From Candidatus Hydrogenedentota bacterium (GTDB lineage Bacteria; Hydrogenedentota; Hydrogenedentia; Hydrogenedentales; SLHB01), in the NCBI GenBank assembly GCA_963674865.2, contig CAXXYE010000009.1, positions 1,728,001-1,792,000 on the forward strand: a DNA stretch of 64,000 nt. The letters run 5' to 3'. Below the pieces are notes generated by a model. That model made no database searches, had not been told where the DNA came from, and saw only the letters and a program-made list of their open reading frames with translations. Both the position numbers and the translations under genes were made by a program. Of this stretch, positions 20,416-31,097 are shown piece by piece (position 1 is the stretch's first letter; each line of letters starts with the position of its first letter).

Positions 20416-20713
20416 CCACCCTTGGAACACCTACGGGTGGTGTGTGTCGGCTCTGCGCCGTACACTATAGGGCGTGTTCCTGATAGCGGAGAGTACCATC
20501 GAAGGTGACTCGGAAACTCGAGGCGGAAGGAGGGATGCAATAGCTTAGCCAAGCTACCTCGCGGGTCGTCTTACCTAGGATGTTCTCATAAATTGAATTA
20601 CGAAGTGTGTTCAGCGCAACGGCGGAAGTTGTATTTGTTCCGCAGCGTCGCTGAATTAGGAAGCGGCTTGACCACCGCTCCGAAATAGAGTTTCAACAAG
20701 GAGAATACGCACA

Positions 20714-22345
20714 ATGCGTAAAACGTTAGTGATTGTAGTCACGGCACTTCTCGTGTCGGCGGCCATCCCCGCCTTCGCGGAACTGCAGACCGTGACCGTC
20801 GGCGGAAGTATCCGCATTCGCGGCAACTGGTATTCGAGCGAAGCCAACGGTGACAATCCGCGCGCTCGCAATCCGTTGATCGATCCGCTTTTCACCCGTA
20901 ACACTGGCAACGCCGGCGTCCGCTGGCTGGCCGGCCAAGTCCCCCTGCGCGCTGTCGGCGGCGTGCCCATCCTCTCCGGGTTCTCCTGGAACGAGGAAGG
21001 CCACAGCATCAGCTTCGTCGAGCAGCGCACCCGCCTGAATGCCAAGGCTGATTTCACCGATGACGTTAGCGCGTTCATCGAGTTGGACAGCTACGACATC
21101 TGGGGCGAGGACTTCCGGTCCAACTACATCACCGCTGGTGATGCCCGCGCCGCTACGGCCGACGATGTGGAAGTCTATCAGGCGTACATCGATGTCAAGA
21201 ACATGTACGATACGCCTCTTAGCCTGCGCATCGGTCGCCAGGAACTCAGCCTGGGCAGCGAGTGGCTCGTTGGTGTCAACGACAGCTCCTCGATCTTCAC
21301 GGGCCTGTCCTTCGACGCCATCAAGCTCACGTATGAAACCGATCTCGCCTCCGTGGCCGCTTTCTGGGCCAAGCTCGCCGAACGCAGTCCCATCGAAGAA
21401 GACGGCGACGTCGACCTGTATGGAATCTATGCCAGCTATCTTGGCCTGGAAGACATCGTCATCGACGCCTACTGGATGTACGTGCGTGACGCGATCGCCT
21501 GGCAGGACACGGGCCCTGCGACGACGTTGGGTGGCCTTGTAGGCCAGTGGTTCGAAGAGGTCTTCGGTGTTGACAGCTATGACACCGTCACCCTCCATAC
21601 GTTCGGCCTCCGCGGAGCCGGCACTATGGGTGCCCTTGATTTCGAATCTGAACTCGCTTTCCAGACCGGCGACGCCGGACGCATCGGCAGCCTCTTCGCC
21701 CCCGTTCTCTACGGTGACGACGACGCCGATTTCAGCGCCTGGGGCGCCAACCTCGAAGTTGGCTACACCTTCGACACGACATGGCAGCCCCGTGTCTTCA
21801 TCGGCGGTGCGTACTTCGATGGTGAAGACAACCGTGACATCAGCTTCGTCGACTGGGTCGCCGCCCAAGTGTGGCCCTGGTACGATCCGGATGCCAGCAT
21901 CAGCTTCAACCGCCTGTTCTCCAACTGGGAGTACAGCGAATTCCTCGCCAACACGGACCTGTCCAACTGCTGGCTGATTCGTGGCGGCGTCGAAGCCATG
22001 CCCACCGAGAAGCTCGAACTTCTCCTGAGCCTGGCGTACTATTCCGCGGTCGACGAGTTCGAGGCGCCGCCTCACTTCACGCTCCTCGGTCGCCGGATCC
22101 CCTGGATCCCCGCGTGGTCGTTCTGGAGCCACTCCAACGACGACGAGCTTGGCTGGGAGTTGGGTCTCTACGCGACGTATAGCTACAGCGAAGACCTCTG
22201 CTTCAAGGCCGGTTGGGCTCACCTCTTCGTCGGCGACGGCCTCGCAGACGGCAACTACAACAGCGCCAACGGCTTGGGCTTCAATGGCGGTGTTGATGAC
22301 GACGATGCCGATTACCTCTTCGTCGAGACCCAGATCTCGTTCTAA
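20714..22345 (+). CDS. Outer-membrane beta-barrel protein, alginate export family-like
   Basis: Signal peptide; VEQRTRL, VEVYQAY, LRIGRQELSLG and FDAIKL motifs; C-terminal Phe (ETQISF). Confidence 0.8.
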   Translation: MRKTLVIVVTALLVSAAIPAFAELQTVTVGGSIRIRGNWYSSEANGDNPRARNPLIDPLFTRNTGNAGVRWLAGQVPLRAVGGVPILSGFSWNEEGHSISFVEQRTRLNAKADFTDDVSAFIELDSYDIWGEDFRSNYITAGDARAATADDVEVYQAYIDVKNMYDTPLSLRIGRQELSLGSEWLVGVNDSSSIFTGLSFDAIKLTYETDLASVAAFWAKLAERSPIEEDGDVDLYGIYASYLGLEDIVIDAYWMYVRDAIAWQDTGPATTLGGLVGQWFEEVFGVDSYDTVTLHTFGLRGAGTMGALDFESELAFQTGDAGRIGSLFAPVLYGDDDADFSAWGANLEVGYTFDTTWQPRVFIGGAYFDGEDNRDISFVDWVAAQVWPWYDPDASISFNRLFSNWEYSEFLANTDLSNCWLIRGGVEAMPTEKLELLLSLAYYSAVDEFEAPPHFTLLGRRIPWIPAWSFWSHSNDDELGWELGLYATYSYSEDLCFKAGWAHLFVGDGLADGNYNSANGLGFNGGVDDDDADYLFVETQISF

Positions 22346-22381
22346 GGTCTGACGATAAGGTAGTCTGATCGACGATCAGGC

Positions 22382-22419
22382 GCGCCCCCGCGAGGTTACC
22401 TCGCGGGGGCGCCTTTTTT
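22382..22419 (+). terminator. Rho-independent terminator
   Basis: GCGCCCCCGCGAGG-TTA-CCTCGCGGGGGCGC followed by a T6 run. Confidence 0.9.
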
Positions 22420-22687
22420 CTGCCCAGACTCTCGGCACGGCCCGTCGGCGCCTTTCGCTTATCCCACCTGTTCTGCGGCTTGCCCCTTCTTCCTAAGTCG
22501 CGCCTTCGCTGGGCCGCGTTTCCAGACCGCGAACCGATGTCAAAATGAAACATCCAGTTCAAGCCTGCAACAGCTCCCCTCTGAGATGCCGGAAGTGGCC
22601 GAAACGCGCGGAACAGGGCGCGCGCGTAAACCACTGGCAATTCGTTGTTTACGATCCTTTCCCCGAAGCCATGTCTATCGCCGGAAT

Positions 22688-22703
22688 TGGCACCGGCCTT
22701 GCT
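22688..22703 (+). promoter_or_regulatory. Sigma54 (-24/-12) promoter upstream of the Hsp20 cluster
   Basis: TGGCAC-CGGCC-TTGCT is an exact consensus match, 80 bp before ATG 22784. Confidence 0.85.
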
Positions 22704-22783
22704 CTTACATCGGATGGAGGCGGTGAGGCCCGCCGAAAACATAAAGAAAAGCGCAATCGCGCGAGATTAAGGAGGAAGAGGAC

Positions 22784-23248
22784 ATGGCTATCTGGAGTTG
22801 GGACCCATTGGACGAAGTGGAAGCCTTGCGCCGTCAAGTGGAACGCGCCTTTGAAGGCTTCGGCAGGTGGGACCGGCCCTACACCCGGTTCGCATTCCTG
22901 CCCGGGGCATCCGCGCGCACCTATCCGTTGCTGAACATCGGCGAGGATCACGACAACATCTACGTCGAGGCGCTGGCCCCTGGCTTGAATCCCGATACCC
23001 TGGAGATCTCGGTACTCGACAACACGTTGCGGATCGCGGGTGAGAAGCCCCCTATCAGCGAAGACATCAGACCCGAGGCGTTCCACCGCAACGAGCGTAG
23101 CGCCGGCAAGTTTGTCCGGACGACCGCACTGCCCGTCGCCGTGGACAGCGCTAAGGTTGCCGCGGAATACAAGAGCGGCCTGCTGCGCCTGACACTACCC
23201 AAGGCCGAAGAGGCGAAACCCAAGCAGATCGAGGTCAAAGTCGGTTAG
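22784..23248 (+). CDS. Hsp20/alpha-crystallin small heat-shock protein
   Basis: YPLLNI, ALAPG, ERSAGKFVR and YKSGLLRLTLPK...IEV. Confidence 0.93.
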   Translation: MAIWSWDPLDEVEALRRQVERAFEGFGRWDRPYTRFAFLPGASARTYPLLNIGEDHDNIYVEALAPGLNPDTLEISVLDNTLRIAGEKPPISEDIRPEAFHRNERSAGKFVRTTALPVAVDSAKVAAEYKSGLLRLTLPKAEEAKPKQIEVKVG

Positions 23249-23312
23249 CGCGACGCCTTCACCGACCTTTGCAGACATCACAAACACAGCGCAATCAGAG
23301 GAGACGATAGCA

Positions 23313-23699
23313 ATGAAAGAGTCCACGGTTCCGGCCAAAAGAGAGCAACAGGTCCCGGACACCCGCGAGCAGACGCGGTCGCTTGTCCCCCCTGTAGACA
23401 TCTTCGAGAGCAAGGAGGGCCTGGTGGTCGTGGCGGACCTTCCCGGCGCCGACAAGAGCGACGTGGATGTCCGCGTCGAGAACGACACCCTCACCCTCCA
23501 AGCTACCGCAAAGAGCGGACTGCCGATTGACCCGCTCTTGCGCGAGTACGAACTGCACAACTATCACCGCCAGTTCCAGCTCGGCGAGACGGTGGATCAG
23601 GAGAAGATCAAGGCTGAGATGAAGCACGGCGTGCTCGTCATCAACTTGCCCAAGAAAGAAGCCGCAAAACCCAGAAAGATCACCGTCAAGACCGAATAG
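23313..23699 (+). CDS. Hsp20/alpha-crystallin small heat-shock protein
   Basis: PPVDIFE, ADLPG and HGVLVINLPK...KITV. Confidence 0.93.
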   Translation: MKESTVPAKREQQVPDTREQTRSLVPPVDIFESKEGLVVVADLPGADKSDVDVRVENDTLTLQATAKSGLPIDPLLREYELHNYHRQFQLGETVDQEKIKAEMKHGVLVINLPKKEAAKPRKITVKTE

Positions 23700-23831
23700 G
23701 CTTTGCGTCGGTCATTATCCATCGGGGCGTCCCGCCCCCGGGGCGCCCCGGGCCGGCGCCGTTACCGTGCCGCCGACTGAACGCCGATACGGCGGCCAAT
23801 CGCGCAAGTGTAGTGAAGGAGGTGAAAGGAA

Positions 23832-24308
23832 ATGGAAGGCTTGGTTCCAGCTTCGTGGAGGGATTCCGTCGAGAACCTGCGCCAAGGCGTCATGAGCGCC
23901 TTTGACCGGTGGCTCTCGCGGCCGAAAGACCGAAACCGCGATATGAGTACGGAGGCCTGGCCGGATTTCCTGCAAACGGCTGGATGGCCGGCCATCGACC
24001 TCGACGAGACAAACGATGAGGTCGTCATCGCCGCGGAACTCCCGGGACTCGACAAGAAGGATTTTATCGTCGAAGTCGAGCCCAACCGCGTAGTGCTACG
24101 TGGTGAGAAACGGGCTTCGCGCAAGGGCAAAAAGGGCGCGTTCCGCTACTCTGAAGCCGCCTACGGCTCATTCGTGCGCGCCATTCCGCTTCCTTGCGCC
24201 GTTGTCGCCCCCGAAGCCGACGCGACCTACAAACACGGCGTGCTCAAGGTCCGCTTGCCCAAGACCGAAAACGCCAAAGCGCGGCCCGTGCGCGTGAAGG
24301 TATCCTGA
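23832..24308 (+). CDS. Hsp20/alpha-crystallin small heat-shock protein
   Basis: PAIDLDE, AELPGL, YGSFVRAIPLP and YKHGVLKVRLPK. Confidence 0.92.
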   Translation: MEGLVPASWRDSVENLRQGVMSAFDRWLSRPKDRNRDMSTEAWPDFLQTAGWPAIDLDETNDEVVIAAELPGLDKKDFIVEVEPNRVVLRGEKRASRKGKKGAFRYSEAAYGSFVRAIPLPCAVVAPEADATYKHGVLKVRLPKTENAKARPVRVKVS

Positions 24309-24366
24309 CCTAGGCCCCGCTGGGCGCCCACGGGTGCGCACGTCCCCTGCGTCCGTGGGCGCCTCT

Positions 24367-25446
24367 CTAGTCCACCAGCCTTAAGCCTATCTCGTTGTTC
24401 AACTCGAAACCCTTCAACGTAGGCCGAATCGTGTGCTCATCTTCTGTCAGCAAGCCCCGCGCGATGAGCGCGTCCAGTTCCGCGCCGAAATCCTCACGCA
24501 CGCCCGTGCCGAACCGCGCTCGGTAGCCCTCCTTCGACAGCCCCGCCTTAAGCCGGCAATGCTGGATCACCGTCTCGACGCGAACCTCACGCCCCGTCAG
24601 CCTCAGCCGCTCGGCTTTCGCACCCGGCTCCGCCGCATACGCCGCCGTATCGACCACGTTCCGCGCGCGGACCCCGCCCAGGAACGAATACGCCCCCGGC
24701 CCGAATCCCGCGTAGGCCTCATTGCGCCAGTAGATGAGGTTATGCCTGCACGCGCGGCCCGGCCGGGCGAAATTGCTGATCTCGTAATGCTCGAATCCGG
24801 CCAGCCGCTCCCGCGCCGCCCGGTACATCTCAAGATACGTGTCCTCATCCACTGCCTCATCCGCGCGCCCCCCAAACGGCGTGCCCTTCTCGTACGTCAG
24901 GCCGTAGGCCGACACGTGCGCGGGCGCCAAGGCAACGCACACGTTCAGCGTCGCGTCCCAGGCGTCCAGCGGATAGGCTCCTAGGATCAAGTCCATGCCC
25001 CAGTTCTCAAACGCCGCGGCCACCCTCTCGCAGGCCCGCCGCGCCGTGGCCGCGTCATGACGTCGCCCGAGATACCGCAGCGTTGCGTCATCGAAGCTCT
25101 GTACGCCCAGGCTCACCCGGTTGACGCCCAGCGCCTGCCACGCCCGAACCAGCTCTGGAGTCACATCATCGGGATTCACCTCGATGGTGACCTCCGGCTC
25201 ATCGAGCCGGAATCGCTCCCGAACCGCACCAAGGACCGCCCCGAGTCCTTTCGCCGACAATAGTGATGGTGTGCCCCCGCCGAGGAATACCGTGTTCGCC
25301 CTCTCCGGCTCCCCGAAGTCCTTGATTTCACGGCACAAGGCCTCAACAAACCATTCCGGAACGGCGCCTTCGACGACCCGGCTCAGGAAATCACAATAGG
25401 GGCACTTCGTCCTACAGAAGGGGATGTGGATGTAGATGCCGATCAT
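24367..25446 (-). CDS. hemW: Radical SAM heme chaperone HemW (HemN-like)
   Basis: IYIHIPFCRTKCPYCDF, GGGTPS, YEISNF and HNLIYW. Confidence 0.9.
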   Translation of the reverse strand: MIGIYIHIPFCRTKCPYCDFLSRVVEGAVPEWFVEALCREIKDFGEPERANTVFLGGGTPSLLSAKGLGAVLGAVRERFRLDEPEVTIEVNPDDVTPELVRAWQALGVNRVSLGVQSFDDATLRYLGRRHDAATARRACERVAAAFENWGMDLILGAYPLDAWDATLNVCVALAPAHVSAYGLTYEKGTPFGGRADEAVDEDTYLEMYRAARERLAGFEHYEISNFARPGRACRHNLIYWRNEAYAGFGPGAYSFLGGVRARNVVDTAAYAAEPGAKAERLRLTGREVRVETVIQHCRLKAGLSKEGYRARFGTGVREDFGAELDALIARGLLTEDEHTIRPTLKGFELNNEIGLRLVD

Positions 25447-25480
25447 CGCCGGCGCGCTTTCCGCGGCAACCGCGCAACCG

Positions 25481-26794
25481 TCAGTTCCGGACGCGTCGCC
25501 ACCGCGTCACCGGCCACCAAACGAACGCCGCCGGCCCCACCAGCCCGTCGCGAGGAATCCACCCAAGCGTCCGGCTATCCAGCCCATCCGCATCATCCGC
25601 CAGGATAAAGACGTGGCCCTCCGGCACATGCGCATGCTCCTTCCCCTTGGAGCGCCCAAAACGGCCGGTTTCTTTGTCCGATTCGAAGCGCCGGCTCGCG
25701 AGCGAGGCCGGATTCTCAACGGGCCGCCCATTGACCTCCAGCCGCCCGTCATTCAGATGCACCTGTTCCCCAGGCAGGCCCGCCACCCGGCCCAGCAGCA
25801 CGACGCCGTCCGGATGCCCTTCTGCCGGGCGATGATGATAGAGCACAACCTCGCCTCGCCGCGGGCCCCGTCCACGCGACAGACGCAAGCCGGTAAACGG
25901 CACGCTCAGGCCGTAAGCGCACTTGTTGACGAAGATGTGCTCACCTTTCCTCAGCGTATCGCTGACGGCATCCGTGTGGACGCGCCAGAACCGGCCCAGG
26001 AAAAGCCGCACGAAGAGCAGCAGGCCCAAGAGGCCCACCAAGCCGCGCCACCACCACGTCCGGGAGAATCCCGTGAAATCATGCCAGCGGCTGTGAGGCC
26101 ACCAGATGCAGAACGCCCGGCCGACGAGATTCTTGTTCGGCACCCAGCCGAACACCCGGCCGTCCCGGCTGGCCCCGCTGTTGTCGCCCAGCAGCAGGTA
26201 GCAGTCGTCCGGCACCACGGCGTGCGCCTCATCCTCCAGTACGCCATACATGCCCCAGCTTGTGTATTGCACCGGCGGCATGCTCGGCGGCAGTTCAAGC
26301 GGGACCCCGTTGATATGGACCTTCCCATTCGCGATGTGCACCCGCTCGCCGGGCAGGCCGACAATCCGCTTCACGAGCGTCTTCGCGCTTGGATTCTTCT
26401 CAACGGACTTGAAGACCACCACATCGAATCGCTGTGGGTCGGCGCCGCGCCAGATCCGCTTGTTCATGAAGGGATAACGGACACCGAAGACCCATTTGTT
26501 CACGAAGACCCGATCCCCTCGCATGAAGCGCGGGTCGCCGTGGAGCGTCGGCTCCATCGAACCCGACGGGATCTTGAACGGCTCCGCGATGGGCCAGCGA
26601 ATTAGCAGGGCCAGCGCCACGGCGATGACGACGATCCGTGTCCACTCCACGGCGCTCTCGCGCGTGAAGCCGCCCGTCAACCACGTCAACGCCGCAAGGA
26701 CGGCCGCTCCCAGCGCGAGTCCGGCGCGCGCCGTGTTCGCCTTCCGTTGGGGGTCTTTCGCGGCTGTGGCCGGTTTCTTGCTCTTCTTCGCCAT
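25481..26794 (-). CDS. lepB: Signal peptidase I with a second, degenerate S26 domain
   Basis: Domain 1 has IPSGSMEPTL, VKRIVGLPG and GDNS..SRDGR. Domain 2 has VHTDAVSDTL, LGRVAGLPG and DSRTLG. Confidence 0.88.
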   Translation of the reverse strand: MAKKSKKPATAAKDPQRKANTARAGLALGAAVLAALTWLTGGFTRESAVEWTRIVVIAVALALLIRWPIAEPFKIPSGSMEPTLHGDPRFMRGDRVFVNKWVFGVRYPFMNKRIWRGADPQRFDVVVFKSVEKNPSAKTLVKRIVGLPGERVHIANGKVHINGVPLELPPSMPPVQYTSWGMYGVLEDEAHAVVPDDCYLLLGDNSGASRDGRVFGWVPNKNLVGRAFCIWWPHSRWHDFTGFSRTWWWRGLVGLLGLLLFVRLFLGRFWRVHTDAVSDTLRKGEHIFVNKCAYGLSVPFTGLRLSRGRGPRRGEVVLYHHRPAEGHPDGVVLLGRVAGLPGEQVHLNDGRLEVNGRPVENPASLASRRFESDKETGRFGRSKGKEHAHVPEGHVFILADDADGLDSRTLGWIPRDGLVGPAAFVWWPVTRWRRVRN

Positions 26795-26952
26795 ATGTCG
26801 CCCTATGCCTTGCGGCTTCTGCTCATGATTCCTGGATTCGTGCGCCTTGCCCGTTGCCCGGGCCGAGCAAGATCGGCATTCTACCAGGCTTGTCCCGGCC
26901 CGAGGAAGCCGCGAGCCCTCTGCGCCGGGATCGCCGGCCTCTTAGACAGAAC

Positions 26953-28044
26953 CTAGTCCTGCTCCGACCCCTCGGCCGTCGCCTCTTGATACAACTTGCG
27001 CCCGTGCAAGAAGTGCAATATCTCCCACAGGATGATCAGCGCGGGCAGCCCGAACAGCAGACTCCGCCCCCACCACGTCTTCGAGAAGCCCGTGAAGTCC
27101 CGCCAGCGTCCAAGGGGCCACCAGATGCAGGATACGCGCCCTAGGATATGATCGTTCGGCACCCAGCCGAAGACGCGCCCATCCTTGCTCTTGTCGCTGT
27201 TGTCGCCCAGCAGGAGGTAGCAGTCCTCCGGCACATGGCTGAACGCCTCGTCCGGATGGACGCCGAAAAGATAAGGCTCCGTCATTTGCGTTTGGAAAAG
27301 CAGTGCCTGCCGGGCCATGCGGTAGAGGTAGGCTGGAAGATCCTTGACGACAGCCGCCCGCTCCTCATCCGTCAGTTCAGCCTCCGTCTTGCCGGCCAGG
27401 CGCTCCCGCACACGCTCGAGATATCTGCCGAAGGACTGTACATCCTCGTGTTCCGGATTCAGGAGGCCGGGCACAAGGTGATGCCGCGCCAGTTCGATGA
27501 TGAACGAGTAGACCTCGGCCCGCGTGTAGTTTGGCCCCGTCGTGTAGTGAAGAACATCCCGCAAGTCCTCGGGCGGCTCGACGAGTTCGTCATTGATGTA
27601 GACCTTGCCCTCCGAGAGATGTACCTTCTCGCCGCCCAAGGCCACCACCCGCTTTACCAGGATCTTCCGCGGCTGATCCGGCTCCACCGAGCGAAACACG
27701 ACAATATCCCAACGCTTCGGCTCTGCCAAACGGAATAGCCGCTTGTTCATGAAGGGCACGCGTGGGCCGTAGATCCACTTATTCACCCAGACCCTGTCGC
27801 CCCTGAAAAAGCGCATGTCCCCGTGTAGCGTCGGCTCCATCGATCCCGTGGGAATCGAGAACTGCTGAAATCCCAGCCACGAGAACACCAGGAAAGCCGC
27901 GATCAGCTTCAACCATGCGAACAGACTTGCTTGCGTCCACGGCCCCGTGACGAATTGAATCACGCCCACGATTGCCGCCGCATCACGCCTTGGCGCTGTG
28001 CGCTTGCCGGTTTGCTCGGACGTTCTCTTGCGACCTTGGCCCAC
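26953..28044 (-). CDS. lepB: Signal peptidase I
   Basis: IPTGSMEPTL, LVKRVV and GDNSDKSKDGR; lies directly downstream of lepA. Confidence 0.92.
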   Translation of the reverse strand: MGQGRKRTSEQTGKRTAPRRDAAAIVGVIQFVTGPWTQASLFAWLKLIAAFLVFSWLGFQQFSIPTGSMEPTLHGDMRFFRGDRVWVNKWIYGPRVPFMNKRLFRLAEPKRWDIVVFRSVEPDQPRKILVKRVVALGGEKVHLSEGKVYINDELVEPPEDLRDVLHYTTGPNYTRAEVYSFIIELARHHLVPGLLNPEHEDVQSFGRYLERVRERLAGKTEAELTDEERAAVVKDLPAYLYRMARQALLFQTQMTEPYLFGVHPDEAFSHVPEDCYLLLGDNSDKSKDGRVFGWVPNDHILGRVSCIWWPLGRWRDFTGFSKTWWGRSLLFGLPALIILWEILHFLHGRKLYQEATAEGSEQD

Positions 28045-28045
28045 G

Positions 28046-29863
28046 TCAGCGATCCGCGTCCTCGTTCACGCGCAACAGTGCCATGAACGCCTCCTGGGGC
28101 ACTTCAACCTGGCCCACCTGTTTCATCCGACGCTTGCCCTCTTTCTGCCGCTCGAGAAGCTTGCGCTTACGGGTGATATCCCCGCCGTAACACTTCGCCG
28201 TCACGTTTTTCCGCAGCGCGCTAATCGTTTCCCGCACGATAATCTTGTTGCCAATCGCGGCCTGAATGGCCACCTCGAACTGCTGCCGCGGGATGAGCGT
28301 CCGCAGCTTGCTCGCCAGCGTACGCCCCACCCAGACGGCCCGATCGCGGTGTACCACCGACGACAGGGCGTCAACCGGCTCGCCGTTCAGCAGTATATCC
28401 AAACGGACCAAGTCACCCGGACGATAGCCGATCAGGCGGTACTCGAGCGACCCGTACCCCCGCGTTATCGTTTTCAGTTTGTCGTAGAAATCAAGCACGA
28501 TCTCCGCCAACGGCATCTGGTATACCGCCATGCAACGCCGCGCATCGATGTAGTCCACCCGCACGTGGACACCGCGCCTCTTCTTGCACAGCTCGATCAC
28601 CGGGCTCAAGGACTCCGTGGGACACATGATGTCCGCTTCGATGTACGGCTCCTCGACGCGCTCGATCTCGCCCGCGTCCGGCATCTTCGCCGCGTTCTCG
28701 ATGTTCAGCCACTCTTCGTTCGTCTTCAGTACGCGGTATGCCACGTTCGGCACCGTCGTCACGAGCGTCAGGTTGAACTCCCGCTCCAGCCGCTCCTGGA
28801 TGATCTCCATATGGAGCAATCCGAGAAACCCCAAGCGGAAACCCAGCCCAAGCGCCTCGGAGCTATCCGCCTGGAACTGAAACGACGCGTCATTCAACTG
28901 AAGTCGTTCGAGGGCGTCCCGGAGTTCCTGGTAATCATTCGCCGCCGCGGGATACAAGCCGCAGAACACCACCGGCTGCACTTCCCGGTAGCCCGGAAGC
29001 GGCTCCGCGGCCCGGTGCTGTGCATCCGTCACTGTATCGCCGATCCGCGTGTTCTCGAGCGTCTTGATATTGCAGATGATGTAGCCCACCTCACCCGCTT
29101 CCAGGCTCTGCGTCGCCGTGATCGCCGGCCGGAACACGCCCACCTCCGCCACCTCGTGCTTGTCCCCTGTGGACATCATCTCCACGCGCATCCCCGGCGC
29201 AATACGCCCCTCGACGACGCGGACGTACACGATCACCCCCCGGTATGAGTTGTAGATCGCGTCAAAAACCAGCGCCCGGAGCGGCGCTTCCCGATCCCCT
29301 TTAGGCGCGGGAATTCGATGAACAATCGCCTCGAGAATCTCGTGCGTGCCCGAACCCCGCTTCGCGCTCGTCAGGATCGCCTGCTCCGCGTCCAGCCCGA
29401 CCACGTCCTCGATCTGATGACGCGCCGAATCGATATCCGCGCTCGGTAAGTCGATCTTGTTGATCACCGGAATGATCTCGAGGTCCTGCTCAATGGCCTT
29501 ATAGGCATTGGCCAATGTCTGCGCCTCGACGCCCTGCGCCGCGTCCACGAGCAACAGCGCGCCCTCGCAGGCCGCAAGGCTCCGCGAGACCTCATAGCCG
29601 AAGTCCACGTGGCCCGGCGTGTCGATCAAGTTCAACTCGTAATCCTTGCCGTCATCCGCGCGGTAGCCTAGCCGCACCGCAACCGACTTGATCGTGATGC
29701 CCCGCTCACGCTCGATATCCATCGTATCGAGCGTCTGCTCCTTGAGGCTCCGCGCATCCACGGCGCCCGTCACCTCGAGAATGCGATCCGCCAAGGTCGA
29801 TTTCCCGTGGTCGATATGCGCAATGATGCAGAAGTTTCGTATCTGTTCTATCGGCGGTGCCAT
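28046..29863 (-). CDS. lepA: Elongation factor 4 (LepA)
   Basis: [28 protein letters not shown] and [17 protein letters not shown] at 29863. Confidence 0.98.
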   Translation of the reverse strand: MAPPIEQIRNFCIIAHIDHGKSTLADRILEVTGAVDARSLKEQTLDTMDIERERGITIKSVAVRLGYRADDGKDYELNLIDTPGHVDFGYEVSRSLAACEGALLLVDAAQGVEAQTLANAYKAIEQDLEIIPVINKIDLPSADIDSARHQIEDVVGLDAEQAILTSAKRGSGTHEILEAIVHRIPAPKGDREAPLRALVFDAIYNSYRGVIVYVRVVEGRIAPGMRVEMMSTGDKHEVAEVGVFRPAITATQSLEAGEVGYIICNIKTLENTRIGDTVTDAQHRAAEPLPGYREVQPVVFCGLYPAAANDYQELRDALERLQLNDASFQFQADSSEALGLGFRLGFLGLLHMEIIQERLEREFNLTLVTTVPNVAYRVLKTNEEWLNIENAAKMPDAGEIERVEEPYIEADIMCPTESLSPVIELCKKRRGVHVRVDYIDARRCMAVYQMPLAEIVLDFYDKLKTITRGYGSLEYRLIGYRPGDLVRLDILLNGEPVDALSSVVHRDRAVWVGRTLASKLRTLIPRQQFEVAIQAAIGNKIIVRETISALRKNVTAKCYGGDITRKRKLLERQKEGKRRMKQVGQVEVPQEAFMALLRVNEDADR

Positions 29864-29880
29864 CTCAGTCCAACTACAAG

Positions 29881-30618
29881 TTATTCGCTTCGGCCGATCA
29901 TCTGATCGATCACCCGCACGCTCCGAAAATCTGTTTCCAACTGCCGAATGCCGTAACGCCACAACACGCGGAAAATCTCTTCGCTTCCCGCCGTGTCCGG
30001 ACACCGCGCCCCCGACTCCGCCATCGCGCGGAGCGAAGCATAGCCCGCAGGCGAAAGACGTCTGTCCGACGGGCACGCCCGGCACGTCACTCCGCCGCGC
30101 CAAGCGAAGCCCGGTGTCTCATCCACCGGCCGGCCGCAATCGATGCAATGCCCGAGTTCCGGCGCGAATCCCGCGGCCGTCAGTAGCCGTAGCGCCTGCC
30201 AGCACATGTGCCCCTTGGCGTCGCCCGGCCAGCCGTCGAGGCCCTCAAGTCCCAACACCAGTGCCGCATACAGCGCCTCCGAAGGCTCATTCTCGCGGGC
30301 CGTCTTGTAGGCCAGTTCCAGCGGAAACGCCGCATACGTCGCCTTGGCGAAATCCCGCTTGACGCCCGGATACGAGTCGATGAGCGTCACCTCGCCGAGC
30401 TGCTGCACGGTGCGGCCATCCTTCCAATAACACACCAACTCGACACGGTTCAGCGTGTCCAGAAGCGGCCCGGTTGGACTATTGCGCCGCCGCGCCCCTT
30501 TCACCAGACAGGCCAGCCGACCGCGGTTTGGACTCAGGAACGTTACGATTCGGCTCGTCTCGCTGAAATCCACGCTGCGGAGAACGACACCTTCTGTCTT
30601 CTCCTGCGGCACAAGCAC
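29881..30618 (-). CDS. recO: DNA repair protein RecO
   Basis: EGVVLR...SETSRIV...GRL..LVKGAR; C-terminal CxxC...CxxC. Confidence 0.93.
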   Translation of the reverse strand: MLVPQEKTEGVVLRSVDFSETSRIVTFLSPNRGRLACLVKGARRRNSPTGPLLDTLNRVELVCYWKDGRTVQQLGEVTLIDSYPGVKRDFAKATYAAFPLELAYKTARENEPSEALYAALVLGLEGLDGWPGDAKGHMCWQALRLLTAAGFAPELGHCIDCGRPVDETPGFAWRGGVTCRACPSDRRLSPAGYASLRAMAESGARCPDTAGSEEIFRVLWRYGIRQLETDFRSVRVIDQMIGRSE

Positions 30619-30853
30619 CTCCCACGTCAGACCAGAGGAAGCTGGCGAAATGCGCGGCGTAAGAACACGCTAGCGGCCAAGGCGGGAACCGACTCCATAC
30701 GGATCATAGCACCCCGCGAAATCCCACGCAAGAAATGGCCTGTGTAAGCGCTTCCATGCGTGTCCCAAAATGCCGCGAAATCGGCACCTTTGGCAGCCTT
30801 TGGGACGGCCCACGCGCCACCGACGCCCGCAGTCTACATAGGCCGTAGCGAAA

Positions 30854-30883
30854 TTGACACGTTCAGTCCGCGTACGCTATGAT
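30854..30883 (+). promoter_or_regulatory. Sigma70 promoter of the tRNA
   Basis: TTGACA-18 bp-TATGAT. Confidence 0.7.
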
Positions 30884-30903
30884 CACCGGACACTTGCTCC
30901 CGT

Positions 30904-30990
30904 GCCGGAGTGGTGAAATCGGCAGACACGCATGGTTCAGGACCATGTGGGGGAAACCCCGTGGAGGTTCAAGTCCTCTCTCCGGCACCA
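30904..30990 (+). tRNA. tRNA-Leu (anticodon CAG)
   Basis: GCCGGAG/CTCCGGC acceptor stem, anticodon arm CATGG-TTCAGGA-CCATG, long variable arm, GGTTCAAGTCC T-arm and encoded CCA. Confidence 0.97.
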
Positions 30991-31007
30991 TCTTTATCGA
31001 TGCCGTC

Positions 31008-31035
31008 ACGGGCCGCTTCAGCGGCCCGTTTCTTA
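31008..31035 (+). terminator. Rho-independent terminator after the tRNA
   Basis: ACGGGCCGC-TTCA-GCGGCCCGT followed by TTCTT. Confidence 0.75.
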
Positions 31036-31097
31036 TTGGGGCCAGCAACTTTATCCTGCATCAAGATCGTAAACTGTCTTCGCCTGCTCCGGCGCTC

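Noticed and set aside
20485..20530. Glycine riboswitch
   Set aside because: Only fragments of the consensus are present, the helix after GGAGAG is too short and TCAGG is missing; retained only as an unknown structured leader.
24367..25446. HemW as maturase of the Cys-rich peptides
   Set aside because: It is a housekeeping gene in the lepA operon, has no SPASM or RRE domain, and lies 26 kb away.
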